Numbered from the stretch's first letter, positions 40,055 to 50,365 are shown. The stretch: DNA of 64,000 nt from an uncultured delta proteobacterium (GCA_963736855.1 CAVTQK010000015.1:384001-448000), one strand, 5' to 3'. The notes: generated by a model not told the origin, from the sequence alone. Program-made: numbers and translations.

Positions 40055-40804
40055 TTTTCCTCCTTTAAGGTATAGGTGTCCAGTTTACATGGTTCTATAA
40101 CCGTGGGTGGTTTGCCAAAACAATCAAATATAATGGATATTAATAACCTCGATATCAAAAAAGTCGTCTATTTGTAAAGAAACGAGTTGCAGGGACATTA
40201 ATTATAGTTCGCTTCATGTGACTTAAAAGCGTTCCCCGTCGCCCACGCCCCGTCAATACCGGTGATTCCCACACTTCAGGGAACCGCTGGTATCCTCACT
40301 CAATGTTTAGGTTTCCGATCCTGCCCGCCCCTCCGATATTACATCCATACAAATACCGGCTAAAGACCCATCGATGATGCATGCTCAAATCAGTTGAAAT
40401 TTCAACAAGATGGCGTTGCACTTTGCATTTGACAATGCTTTCCCCTTCGGATAATTGAAAATTCACAACCTAAGATAATCTGGGCGCTTTCATATTTTGG
40501 GCATGGATGATGGAAAAATACAAGTCCATCCTTCCACTCAATTTCGTCATCCAAAAGCGCATGATCGTCAACGTGGACAGTTTGCGCTTCTTCATACCGC
40601 CGGTATGTTCATCATCGCCATGTGGATGGGGGTTTTTTGGCGGATTGGCCTTGTGGATCGCGAAGAGCGGCATCAGCGAAAAAAGACTGGAGAACCATGA
40701 TTGAAAGGGATGGCTGATAGCTGGACCGGATGGATGCCTTGAGCTATGCTGCTCCGACTTTTTCCATCTGAACCCCTACTTTTTCCAATCGGATAAGACA
40801 ATCC

Positions 40805-42157
40805 ATGAAGATCCGCAAAACCATGCGCGTTTTGGCTGTGGACAACTGCCGGGAATCCTTAAATCTCATCACATCTACCCTTGAAGCATCCGGATTTCAG
40901 GTCACGGCCGTTACAAGCGTTGCGGAGGCTATACGGGTTTTGGAATTTGCGAAGGTGGATCTCGTCATTTCTGAATTGATGGTTCACGATATGAAAGGAC
41001 TCGACTTCATCCGATACATGCGGGACAACTTCACCGATCTGGAGATCCTTACCACGACCTTAAGTCCATGCATCGATGATGCGATCCGCGTCATCAAGGA
41101 AGGCGCCAACGACTATCTGATAAAACCGCTCGATGTTGACCAATTGCTGTCAGCCGTTATGCGCATGAAAAGCAAGCTGATACGTCGGCGCCAGATTCAA
41201 GAGGAAACTTCGCGTAAATCCTATGGGATCATCGGCGAATCGGCAGGCATCACCGGTGTGATAGATAATATTGAGAAGGCTGCCTCCTATAATGCGAACG
41301 TCCTGATCCGAGGCGAAAGTGGAACCGGGAAGGAACTCGTGGCCAGGGCCATTCATTACGCCAGTGAACGCGCCGCATCGCCGTTTGTTCCCGTCAACTG
41401 CACCGCCATCCCTGAATCCTTGTTGGAGAGCGAACTGTTTGGACATGTGCGGGGTGCTTTCACCGGTGCCCGGGACGGGCGGGCGGGTTTTTTTCAAATT
41501 GCCGAAGGCGGAACGCTGTTTCTGGATGAAATCGGTGACGCAAGCCCGGCAATGCAAGGCAAACTGCTTCGGGTTCTCCAGAACAAGGAAATTCAGATCG
41601 TGGGCTCCAGCCGGGTGCAAAAAATCAATACCCGCATCATCACCTCTACGAACAAGGATCTGATGTTTATGGTCCAAAAAGGCCTTTTCCGGGAGGATCT
41701 CTATTATCGGCTTGTGGTCATAGATATTGTCTTGCCGCCACTGCGGGAGCGAAAGGAAGACATTCTTCCTCTCGCCCATCATTTCATGAACAAATTCATC
41801 AAAGAACTCCGGCGGGATCTTCCCCGGGTTACCGATGGCGCCCTCGAAGCGCTAAAAAACTACCGGTGGCCGGGGAATGTCCGTGAACTGGAGAATCTCA
41901 TTCAGCGGCTTCTGGTCATTGTGGGTCGTCCCGTAATCGATGTGGCCGATCTTCCCCCCTACATGCGCTTTCAGATGGAGCGGCTGGCGGATCCCATGAG
42001 GACTCTGGCCGATATGGAGGCGGAGCATATCCGATCGGTTCTACAATTGACCGGGGGCAACAAAACCCGGGCCGCGAATATTCTGGGAATCGACCGCAAG
42101 ACCTTGCGTGATAAGTTGAAAAAATATTGCATCCCTGACAAAGAATCGGGGAATTAA
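40805..42157 (+). CDS. NtrC-family sigma54 activator with atypical receiver domain
   Basis: REC-like N-terminus, GESGTGKE, GAFTGA, WPGNVRELEN, Fis-type HTH. Confidence 0.94.
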   Translation: MKIRKTMRVLAVDNCRESLNLITSTLEASGFQVTAVTSVAEAIRVLEFAKVDLVISELMVHDMKGLDFIRYMRDNFTDLEILTTTLSPCIDDAIRVIKEGANDYLIKPLDVDQLLSAVMRMKSKLIRRRQIQEETSRKSYGIIGESAGITGVIDNIEKAASYNANVLIRGESGTGKELVARAIHYASERAASPFVPVNCTAIPESLLESELFGHVRGAFTGARDGRAGFFQIAEGGTLFLDEIGDASPAMQGKLLRVLQNKEIQIVGSSRVQKINTRIITSTNKDLMFMVQKGLFREDLYYRLVVIDIVLPPLRERKEDILPLAHHFMNKFIKELRRDLPRVTDGALEALKNYRWPGNVRELENLIQRLLVIVGRPVIDVADLPPYMRFQMERLADPMRTLADMEAEHIRSVLQLTGGNKTRAANILGIDRKTLRDKLKKYCIPDKESGN

Positions 42158-42180
42158 TCCCCACCGGGGTAATTTTCCCC
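42148..42180. promoter_or_regulatory. Paired palindromic activator binding sites (UAS)
   Basis: GGGGAATTAATCCCC and GGGGTAATTTTCCCC, ~140-170 bp upstream of a sigma54 promoter, with an AT-rich IHF-like tract (~42240-42290) between. Confidence 0.7.
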
Positions 42181-42315
42181 GCTCGTTTTTCACCGTTTTC
42201 GACTAACCAACCCTCTTATTGCTTCCCGCTTTTCCCGGATTAAAAAAATTCTAACTTATTGAAATAAAGATAATTTATTATCGTATTGAACATCACGATT
42301 TCCAATTGAAGGCGA

Positions 42316-42332
42316 CTGGCCCGGTATTTGCG
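42316..42332 (+). promoter_or_regulatory. Sigma54 (-24/-12) promoter
   Basis: CTGGCCCGGTATTTGCG = TGGC-N7-TTGC. Confidence 0.8.
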
Positions 42333-42424
42333 ACAGCATTAGGTAAAGGGACTTGATCGAGATATCATGAAGTTTCACATGCCGGCAGCATTTTTGCGAT
42401 CTTTAGATGGTAAGGGATGGGATA

Positions 42425-44173
42425 ATGGACAATAACACCCCTGATCGGTTGGAATATTATAACTCCCTCAAGCGAAATATTTTTATTGCGGTTGTGATCG
42501 TTTCCATGATCCCCCTGATTGTTTTCGGTAGTATCACCCGATACGAATTCCAAACCTCTTACACCGAAAAGGTGCGGGCCCATCTCAGCATTATGGTCAA
42601 GAAGCATGCCCAAAACATCGATACCTTCCTGAAGGAACGTCAGGCCAACATCGTCTCTTTGGCTAGCAGCTACCCCTATGAGCAATTGGCGGATAATACT
42701 TTCTTGGCGCAGCAGTTGGCCCGCTTCCAGAAGACATATGGCCCGGTCATTACGGATTTGGGGATCATAAACGAAAAAGGGGAACAGGTTTCTTACGCCG
42801 GTCCGTTTCAATTGAAGGACGCCAATTACGCGGATTCCGAATGGCTGAAGCAGGCGATGGCATCGGATATTTTTACAAGCGATGTTTTTATGGGCCTTCG
42901 CCGGCTGCCGCATTTCATCGTAGCCGTTCGAAGTCTCAAGAGCGGAACTCCTTGGCTGCTTCGCGCCACCATCGACTTCATGGCATTCAATGAGTTGGTT
43001 CAGAACATTCATATCGGAAAAACAGGGTTTGCCTTCATCATCAATAAAAAGATCGAAATGCAGACGGACACCACCAGAAACGTGGAAAAGAACCTATTCC
43101 GCGATGCTGAATTGTTTCATCCGGATAAAACCGGGATGGATATAATAAACGAACCCCTTTTCCAAACCCGAACGAGCGACTCCGGGAGAGAAGTCATCTA
43201 TGTCGTCCGTCTCCTGAAAAACGGAGAGTGGGCGCTGGTGTTTCAGCAGGACTACTTGGATGCTTACAGTGAGCTCTACCGGGCGCGAAAGGTCGCTCTC
43301 TTGACACTGGTGTTGGGTGGGATCGCCATTATTCTCATGGCGGCATGGGTCTCCCGCCACACCACCATAAAAATCGCCGAGGCCGACCAGGAAAAAGAAA
43401 TCATGAACCGTCAGGTGATCCAAAGCGGGCACCTGGCGTCTATCGGCATGCTGGCAGCCGGCATCGCCCATGAAATCAACAACCCCGTGGCCATCATGGT
43501 GGAGGAAGCCGGCTGGATCGAGGATCTTCTGGGAGATGAAGATTTTAAGGAAAGCGAAAACCTCAACGAATTCAAGCGGGCATTAGTGCAGATTCGAAAA
43601 CAGGGAATTCGATGCCGTGATATCACCCGCAAACTGCTGAGCTTTTCCAGACACACTGACAATCGAGATCAGCTTTTCGATCTCAACGAATTGATCCGGG
43701 AAATCACAAATCTGTCTTCGCAGCATGCCAAATACAGCAACATCACCATTGAATTGAACCTGACCGAACCGCTCTCTTCGATCAAGGCATCCCAGACAGA
43801 AATGGAACAGGTGATCTTCAATCTGCTGTACAACGCCATCGATGCCATCGATAAGAAAGGTGGTAAAGTCCGCATCCACACCTGGCAGGACGATTCAATG
43901 GTTCATTTCGAAGTTCAGGATACCGGGCCAGGCATTTCCGAGGCCAATTTGAAGCGCATTTTCGACCCGTTTTTTACGACCAAGCCGACAGGACAGGGAA
44001 CGGGCCTGGGACTGTCGATCTGTTATGGAATCGTTCAGAAAATGAACGGCCAGATCGTCGTGGAAAGCACTCTTGGAAAAGGCTCTCGCTTTGAAATCAG
44101 CCTTCCGGCGGCGGAAAGTCAGGAAGAGACGGAGACCAAAACGACGAAAACCGTGGGTTCAATGACATCATAG
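42425..44173 (+). CDS. Cache-domain sensor histidine kinase
   Basis: Two TM segments, AAGIAHEINNP, NAIDA, DTGPG, FFTTK, GTGLGL. Confidence 0.94.
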   Translation: MDNNTPDRLEYYNSLKRNIFIAVVIVSMIPLIVFGSITRYEFQTSYTEKVRAHLSIMVKKHAQNIDTFLKERQANIVSLASSYPYEQLADNTFLAQQLARFQKTYGPVITDLGIINEKGEQVSYAGPFQLKDANYADSEWLKQAMASDIFTSDVFMGLRRLPHFIVAVRSLKSGTPWLLRATIDFMAFNELVQNIHIGKTGFAFIINKKIEMQTDTTRNVEKNLFRDAELFHPDKTGMDIINEPLFQTRTSDSGREVIYVVRLLKNGEWALVFQQDYLDAYSELYRARKVALLTLVLGGIAIILMAAWVSRHTTIKIAEADQEKEIMNRQVIQSGHLASIGMLAAGIAHEINNPVAIMVEEAGWIEDLLGDEDFKESENLNEFKRALVQIRKQGIRCRDITRKLLSFSRHTDNRDQLFDLNELIREITNLSSQHAKYSNITIELNLTEPLSSIKASQTEMEQVIFNLLYNAIDAIDKKGGKVRIHTWQDDSMVHFEVQDTGPGISEANLKRIFDPFFTTKPTGQGTGLGLSICYGIVQKMNGQIVVESTLGKGSRFEISLPAAESQEETETKTTKTVGSMTS

Positions 44174-44189
44174 AAGGGGGGGAGAAAAT

Positions 44190-44618
44190 ATGAGCATCGC
44201 CAACGTGCTGCTTGTTGATGACGAGACCGCGTTTCTGGAGACCATGAACAAGCGGCTCACCAAAAGAAACTTCCAGGTTAAAACCGTGGATTCCGGTATT
44301 GCCGCATTGGAAACCCTAAGCGAGAACGGGGAGCAAATCGAGGTGGTGATTTTGGATGTTCAAATGCCCGGCATGGACGGTATCGAAACCCTCACGGAAA
44401 TCAAACGGAAATATCCTCTAGTCGAAGTGATCATGCTGACTGGACATGCAACGGTGGCCTCAGCCATCGAAGGAATGAAGCAAGGCGCCTATGACTACCT
44501 CATGAAGCCTTGCGAAATGGAAATCCTACTCTCCAAGGTCATGGAAGCCGCTAACAAAAAGCGCGGGCACGAACAAAAGATCATCGAGGCGCGAATGAAG
44601 GAAATTACAAGCTTTTAG
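44190..44618 (+). CDS. Single-domain response regulator
   Basis: LLVDDE, ILDVQMP, LTGH, MKP. Confidence 0.94.
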   Translation: MSIANVLLVDDETAFLETMNKRLTKRNFQVKTVDSGIAALETLSENGEQIEVVILDVQMPGMDGIETLTEIKRKYPLVEVIMLTGHATVASAIEGMKQGAYDYLMKPCEMEILLSKVMEAANKKRGHEQKIIEARMKEITSF

Positions 44619-44632
44619 CTTAGGAGATAGGC

Positions 44633-45034
44633 ATGATGCCGAAAGAATTCACTCCACTCATCCGGCTCTTGTTAGTGGACGATGAAGTTGAGTTTACCTC
44701 GATCATGGTCAAACGGCTTGGACGCCGTAACATCGTCGCCACTACCGCCAACAACGGCGAACAGGCCCTTCTCCTTTTGGATAAAAATACCTATGATGTC
44801 GCCGTGCTCGATTTGAAGATGGAAGGGATGGATGGTCTCGAGGTGCTCAAGATGTTAAAGCTGAAAGCACCCGATCTGCCGGTCATCATACTCACGGGAC
44901 ACGGTTCTCAACTGGCCGCTGAAGAAGGATTTGCACACGGCGCCTTCGACTATCTGTCAAAACCCTATGATATCGAAGGGCTCACCCAAATTATTCGAAA
45001 GGCAGTTTTCGGAGGAAGAGAACAACATGAATAA
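44633..45034 (+). CDS. Single-domain response regulator
   Basis: LLVDDE, VLDLKM, LTGH, SKP. Confidence 0.94.
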   Translation: MMPKEFTPLIRLLLVDDEVEFTSIMVKRLGRRNIVATTANNGEQALLLLDKNTYDVAVLDLKMEGMDGLEVLKMLKLKAPDLPVIILTGHGSQLAAEEGFAHGAFDYLSKPYDIEGLTQIIRKAVFGGREQHE

Positions 45035-45449
45035 ATTTAAAGTACTCGTGGTGGACGATGAAGAGGATTTCCTCGCTATCCTGGTCAAGCGATTAAGCAA
45101 ACGGGGAGTCACGGTATTCGAGGCCAAGAGCGGCAGCGAAGCCTTAAGTTTGATCGGACGGGAACCGATCGATGTGGTGGTTCTGGACGTTCGGATGCCC
45201 GGACTCGACGGCATCGAAACCCTGAAGGCCATCAAGCAGATCGACCCATGGATCGAGGTTATCATGCTGACGGGGCACGCCAATGTCGAGGTGGCCGTGA
45301 AAGGCATGGAACTCGGGGCCTTCGATTATCTCATGAAACCCATGAACATCGATGATCTTCTCTTTAAGCTGCAAGACGCCAATGAGGCGAGGAAATTGAA
45401 ACAACAGGGACATCGTAGGAATGATAACAGGGACTCATCCGGAACATGA
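45027..45449 (+). CDS. Single-domain response regulator
   Basis: Start MNKFKV; VVDDE, VLDVRMP, LTGH, MKP. Confidence 0.94.
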   Translation: MNKFKVLVVDDEEDFLAILVKRLSKRGVTVFEAKSGSEALSLIGREPIDVVVLDVRMPGLDGIETLKAIKQIDPWIEVIMLTGHANVEVAVKGMELGAFDYLMKPMNIDDLLFKLQDANEARKLKQQGHRRNDNRDSSGT

Positions 45450-45488
45450 AATTTGACCTTCAACCAATACCGAAAGGAGAAAGTAACC

Positions 45489-46778
45489 ATGAAGTTCTTT
45501 AAACAATGGACCTCATTTATGATGGCCGCCGCAACGGCGCATGCAAAGTGGGAAAAGGATGTTTCCGATACTGTTTTTTCAAGTCGGAAGCGGATGGTGA
45601 TGCTTGGACTCCTGATGCTGCCGGTGGCAGTCGGTGGTATCGCCTTCGCCGATCAGGTCGCAGGGATGCTGCCGGAAATGATCGGGGGGAAAACGGCCTA
45701 TAGTCCGGCATTTTTTACGCCCACCATTTTCATTGCATCGATTCTGATCGGCATCATCGCCGGACTGATCACCGGCTGCATCGGCGCGGGCGGCGGCTTC
45801 ATCATCGCGCCGGCCCTGATGAGCGCCGGCATCAAAGGCATCCTCGCCGTGGGAACCGACCTGTTTCATATTTTCGCAAAAGCCATCATGGGAAGCGTCA
45901 TCCATCGAAAACTGGGCAACGTTTCGGTGGCCTTGGCATTTATCTTCCTCATCGGCGCCATCGTCGGCGCCACGGTCGGCGGCGTCATCAACCGCGTCCT
46001 GTATGAGATCAATCCGGTTTTAAGCGACGCCTTTATTACTACCATTTATTCCATCATGCTGGGTTTTCTGGGCGTCTATTCCATGATCGATTTTTTCAAG
46101 GCAAGAAAGACCGCCGGTGACACCGGAGGCGCGCACGGTGGAAAATCCGAAGGCGCCGACCTGGGGGCGCTTCCCAAAAAACTGCAGGCCGTCCGCATTC
46201 CGCCCATGATCACCTTTGATCAAAGTCTCGTACCTGGGGGCCGGAGCATTTCCTGTGTTTTTCTGATCTTAAGCGGCGCGCTGGTCGGTCTGGCTGCTGC
46301 CATCATGGGGGTAGGCGGCGGATTCCTCACGTTTCCGATTTTTGTTTATATCCTGGGAGTTTCCTCCATGACCACCGTGGGAACCGACATCTTGCAGATC
46401 GTGTTCACGGCCGGTTACGCCGCCATCAGTCAGTACGCCATCTATGGGTTTATCTTTTATACTCTGGCCATGGGCATGCTGTTGGGGTCCTTGATTGGTA
46501 TTCAGATCGGGGCCATGGTGACCAAGGTCGTGAAGGGGATTACCATCCGGGGATTTTACGCCATCGCAGTCATGTCCGGATTCGTGAACCGGATCTTTGC
46601 ACTTCCGGGAAAACTGTCGTCAATGGAGGTGATTCATCTGTCCAAATCGACCATCACGGTGCTCAACGCCATCGGTACCTATGCTTTTTTCATTGTGCTC
46701 GGAACCTTCGGCGTTTGGGTCATCGGAACGTTTTTAATGAACATCAAAACCCTTAAAGGAGGGGAGGTGGCGTCATGA
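45489..46778 (+). CDS. TauE/SafE (TSUP) family membrane protein
   Basis: GCIGAGGGFII.P, AVGTDL, IMGVGGGFLTFP, TVGTD (two repeats). Confidence 0.92.
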   Translation: MKFFKQWTSFMMAAATAHAKWEKDVSDTVFSSRKRMVMLGLLMLPVAVGGIAFADQVAGMLPEMIGGKTAYSPAFFTPTIFIASILIGIIAGLITGCIGAGGGFIIAPALMSAGIKGILAVGTDLFHIFAKAIMGSVIHRKLGNVSVALAFIFLIGAIVGATVGGVINRVLYEINPVLSDAFITTIYSIMLGFLGVYSMIDFFKARKTAGDTGGAHGGKSEGADLGALPKKLQAVRIPPMITFDQSLVPGGRSISCVFLILSGALVGLAAAIMGVGGGFLTFPIFVYILGVSSMTTVGTDILQIVFTAGYAAISQYAIYGFIFYTLAMGMLLGSLIGIQIGAMVTKVVKGITIRGFYAIAVMSGFVNRIFALPGKLSSMEVIHLSKSTITVLNAIGTYAFFIVLGTFGVWVIGTFLMNIKTLKGGEVAS

Positions 46779-47461
46779 TTGCGCATAAAAGCCTGTTTTT
46801 CAAAGGATTGGGGCTGCTGGTAGCCTTTTTTATCGTACTCTTTCTCATGTTCATGCCGCTCAATAACGGTCAGAATTTTCTGAACTCCATGGACAATCTC
46901 TATAACACCATCTCCAAGGGATCGGCCTACTATATCCCCAAGATGAAAACAGAGATCGCCCCTTACCAAGGAAAATTCATTACTCTGGATCTGACCATGG
47001 CCACGGAACGGGAAGCGAAGGAAACGGCTCTTCTACTGACCAAGAGCGGCGCATCCGCCCAAATCGACGGCGTCAAACTCAAGGTTTCGGGAGATCTGGG
47101 CGCTATCCTCGCCAATTGCCTAGAGGATTCTGATTTTATGTTCAATAATCAGGGAGAGCAGGTTTCGGCTAAATACGGATATCCTGAAAAACAGGTGCTC
47201 TACAACTGGTATCGGGCCGACATTCAAATGAATAAGGGCCTGACCCATCAGAAACTATTCAGTGAAGCCAAAATTGTGGCGTCGGTTCAGGCCAAAGCCG
47301 TAGAATGCGCCTTCAATTACTACAAGATCGTTCCCGAAAGCATCCGGAATAAGATTTGGGTCGTCATTTTTTCTCTGGTGTTTTATGTGATTTATACTCT
47401 ATGGTTCGGATTCTCCATTATGTTCTTGTTTGAAGGTTGGGGTATGCGACTTGAACATTGA
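46775..47461 (+). CDS. Conserved 2-TM membrane protein accompanying the TauE gene
   Basis: N- and C-terminal TM helices, DNLYNTISKGSAYYIP; ATGA overlap. Confidence 0.85.
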   Translation: MIAHKSLFFKGLGLLVAFFIVLFLMFMPLNNGQNFLNSMDNLYNTISKGSAYYIPKMKTEIAPYQGKFITLDLTMATEREAKETALLLTKSGASAQIDGVKLKVSGDLGAILANCLEDSDFMFNNQGEQVSAKYGYPEKQVLYNWYRADIQMNKGLTHQKLFSEAKIVASVQAKAVECAFNYYKIVPESIRNKIWVVIFSLVFYVIYTLWFGFSIMFLFEGWGMRLEH

Positions 47462-47491
47462 TTCCGGATAACGGAACAGGGGCTGGAGTCG

Positions 47492-50146
47492 ATGACTCCG
47501 GCCCCTTTCCGGACCAGAATGAAACGAATATTCGAAAAATTAAAAGGCTTTTTCCAATCAGACGCCGCCCCTTTGCATACAGATGAGGACGTCGAAAGGC
47601 TTCGGCTCGCCTTTAAAGGGCGGCATCATCATTTCAAGCTTCTGCTAAACGCCAATCAGAGATCCCTTGAAATCATGGCGGATATCGAGCAGGCGTTGCG
47701 CAGCCGCCCTTTCGGTATGACCTTTGTACGTTCCGCATGTACCGGAATTGCTGTCAATGTCCTGAAAATGATTAAAAATATGGAACAGTTGGCACCTGGA
47801 AAATATTCGGATTTGAGGAGCCGTTATGAGGTCATCAATCAGCGCATGCAGGAAGTTCTATCCCGTAAAAACGGTTCAAAAGAAGAGGTATTGATTCTTC
47901 ATCTCGGCGAAATTGACCCGTCCAAACTGGACCTGGTCGGCGGGAAAATGGCCGGTCTGGCCGAAATTCGGAACCGGATGTCTATTCGGGTTCCGGAGGG
48001 ATTTGTTATTACTACTTACGCCTATGACCGCTTCCTTTCGAGCGCCCGTTTACAGGAGGAAATTGATCGGTTGTTTCAGTCCGGCGATAAAGACGATTTG
48101 ATTTCACTCTATTCACTTAGCACCCGAATTCAGCAACTCATCCTCAAAACACCGGTTCCGGATGCAATCGTAAGTGCCATCCATGATGCCTGGAAAAAAC
48201 TCGAAGATTCTTTCGTTGGGAAAAAACTGACAGCCGCCCTGAGAAGCAGCAGCCTCTTCGAGGATGCAGCCGGCGCCTCTTTCGCAGGTCAGTTCCGGAC
48301 AGAGCTAAATGTATCCTATGACTCCGTCCTGACCGCCTACCAAGAGGTGGTGGCCAGCAAGTACAGTGTTCATGCCATCACCTACCGTCTGGCCAAGGGA
48401 TTCAGCGACGAAGATATCGCCATGGCCGTGGGGTGCATGGCCATGGTGGATGCAGCAGCCGGCGGCGTGGCCTATTCCGTCAATCCGGTGAATGAAGCGG
48501 ATGATGCCATATACATCAGCGCCGTTTGGGGGCTTCCCAAAGCCGTTGTGGACGGATCTACCGCGTGTGACCAGTTTGTCGTTCATCGGTCTACATCCGC
48601 TATTCGTTCCGTTATCGGGCAGAAGGAAACGTATTTTATTTGTTATCCCGAAGAAGGCCTCTGCAGGATGGCGCCAACCGGTGAAAAAGCCGGGGAACCG
48701 TCGCTGACGATCGATCAAATCCTTATGCTGAAAAATATCGTGCTGAAACTCGAAGCATTTTTCAAGACGCCCGTGGATGTGGAATGGGCTGTGGCGTCGG
48801 ACGGTGGTATCGTGATCGTGCAGTGCCGACCTATGAAGCATGTATCGTCACGATCTGAACGGAGAAAAAATCTGGAAGACGATGTTCATATCGTCCTGAC
48901 CGGTGGTGTCGCTGCCAGTCCTGGAATCTGTTCAGGCCAGGTTTTCATCGCTTCTAAAGCAATGGATTCGTTGAAATTTCCGGATGGCGGCATTTTGGTA
49001 GTCCGTCAACCCCTTCCGCAATGGGCCAGCCTGATTAGCCGGGCAGCAGGAGTCGTTGCGGAACAGGGCGGTATGGCAGGGCATCTCGCCAATGTGGCGC
49101 GTGAATTCGGTGTGCCGGCGCTTTTCGGATGTCCTTATGCGGTGGAAAAGTTGTCTCATTACCGCGAGGTGACGCTCGATGCGGATAGCGGTGTGATTTA
49201 TGAGGGTCGCCGGGAGGATCTTCTGGACCTAGAGAACGCCATTGTCCATGTTATGACCGGAAGCCCGGTTTATAAAGTACTGGCGGAGGCCAGCAAGCAT
49301 ATCATTCCTTTAAACCTCCTCGATCCGGCATCCCCAAAGTTTCGTCCCTCAGGCTGTGAGACCTTTCATGATCTCACACGTTTTATACATGAAAAATCCG
49401 TCCACGAAATGTTCAATTTCGGCCATGAACACCATTTTTCCGAGCGTTCCGGAAAGCAGCTCTTTTTTAAGGTTCCCATGCAGTGGTGGGTGCTGAATTT
49501 AGATGATGGATTTACGGAGGAAATACGTGGGAAATATGTCCGCTTGGAGCAGATTACTTCCATTCCCATGCGGGCCTTTTGGGACGGATTCGTTGGCGTT
49601 CCCTGGGACGGTCCTCCAGCTTTGGATCGCCGGGGATTTGCATCGGTCCTCTTTCGATCCACCGCCGATCCGGCCCTGGCGACTGGCGTTAAATCGCGAT
49701 ATACGGAAAAAAATTATTTCATGATTTCCCGCCATTTCTGCAATCTCAACTCCCGGCTCGGCTATCATTTTTCCGTCATGGAAGCTCTGGTGAGCGATCG
49801 AGTTCCCGAGAACTATGTGAGTTTTCAGTTCAAAGGCGGCGCGGCGGATTCCGATAGACGGCTCAAAAGGGTCCGGTTTCTCGGTGATATCCTGGAGTCC
49901 TATGATTTCCGGGTAGAAATTCAGGAAGACAGCTTGATCGCCCGCATCGAAAATTTCGATTGCAACACCATGCAGAAACGCATTAAAATTCTAGGCCATC
50001 TTTCGCTTCATACCCGCCAGTTGGACATGATTATGTCCACACCAAATTCGGTGAACTATTTCCGATTAAAAATCCATAAAGATCTTGAATATGTGCTGTC
50101 GATGCCGGTTGAAACGCCTCCCGTCGATGCGATTGTCACTTTATGA
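47492..50146 (+). CDS. PEP-synthase-like protein (ATP-grasp plus phospho-His swivel domain, atypical C-terminus)
   Basis: VGGKMAGL, LRSS...ED...SFAGQF, DVEWA, VQCRP, GGMAGHLANVAREFGVPA; no recognisable pyruvate-binding barrel. Confidence 0.88.
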   Translation: MTPAPFRTRMKRIFEKLKGFFQSDAAPLHTDEDVERLRLAFKGRHHHFKLLLNANQRSLEIMADIEQALRSRPFGMTFVRSACTGIAVNVLKMIKNMEQLAPGKYSDLRSRYEVINQRMQEVLSRKNGSKEEVLILHLGEIDPSKLDLVGGKMAGLAEIRNRMSIRVPEGFVITTYAYDRFLSSARLQEEIDRLFQSGDKDDLISLYSLSTRIQQLILKTPVPDAIVSAIHDAWKKLEDSFVGKKLTAALRSSSLFEDAAGASFAGQFRTELNVSYDSVLTAYQEVVASKYSVHAITYRLAKGFSDEDIAMAVGCMAMVDAAAGGVAYSVNPVNEADDAIYISAVWGLPKAVVDGSTACDQFVVHRSTSAIRSVIGQKETYFICYPEEGLCRMAPTGEKAGEPSLTIDQILMLKNIVLKLEAFFKTPVDVEWAVASDGGIVIVQCRPMKHVSSRSERRKNLEDDVHIVLTGGVAASPGICSGQVFIASKAMDSLKFPDGGILVVRQPLPQWASLISRAAGVVAEQGGMAGHLANVAREFGVPALFGCPYAVEKLSHYREVTLDADSGVIYEGRREDLLDLENAIVHVMTGSPVYKVLAEASKHIIPLNLLDPASPKFRPSGCETFHDLTRFIHEKSVHEMFNFGHEHHFSERSGKQLFFKVPMQWWVLNLDDGFTEEIRGKYVRLEQITSIPMRAFWDGFVGVPWDGPPALDRRGFASVLFRSTADPALATGVKSRYTEKNYFMISRHFCNLNSRLGYHFSVMEALVSDRVPENYVSFQFKGGAADSDRRLKRVRFLGDILESYDFRVEIQEDSLIARIENFDCNTMQKRIKILGHLSLHTRQLDMIMSTPNSVNYFRLKIHKDLEYVLSMPVETPPVDAIVTL

Positions 50147-50365
50147 GTGTTTTTCATCCTCCATAACGTGGATCGCATCATTATCTTTTTTGAAGGAGAA
50201 ATGGTTCTTCTCTCCATGCTCTTATCGCTGACCCACAGCCGATATTGGCTGTTTCTCACGGCCTTTGTAGGGGCCAATCTGCTTCAGTCCGCCTTTACCG
50301 GATTTTGTCCCACGGCCAACCTGTCGAAAAAAATCGGTATCCAACGGGGACAGGCCTACAATTAA
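50147..50365 (+). CDS. DUF2892/YgaP-like small membrane protein (start uncertain, possibly degenerate)
   Basis: WLFLTAFVGANLLQSAFTGFCP. Confidence 0.75.
   Translation: MFFILHNVDRIIIFFEGEMVLLSMLLSLTHSRYWLFLTAFVGANLLQSAFTGFCPTANLSKKIGIQRGQAYN

Noticed and set aside
40497..40704. Short ORFs and a hairpin/T-run (~40600-40640) as an attenuator
   Set aside because: No regulatory codon run, weak stem and no biosynthetic gene downstream; insufficient support.
42365..43012. 215-aa minus ORF and other long antisense ORFs across the window
   Set aside because: Antisense shadows of well-supported genes.
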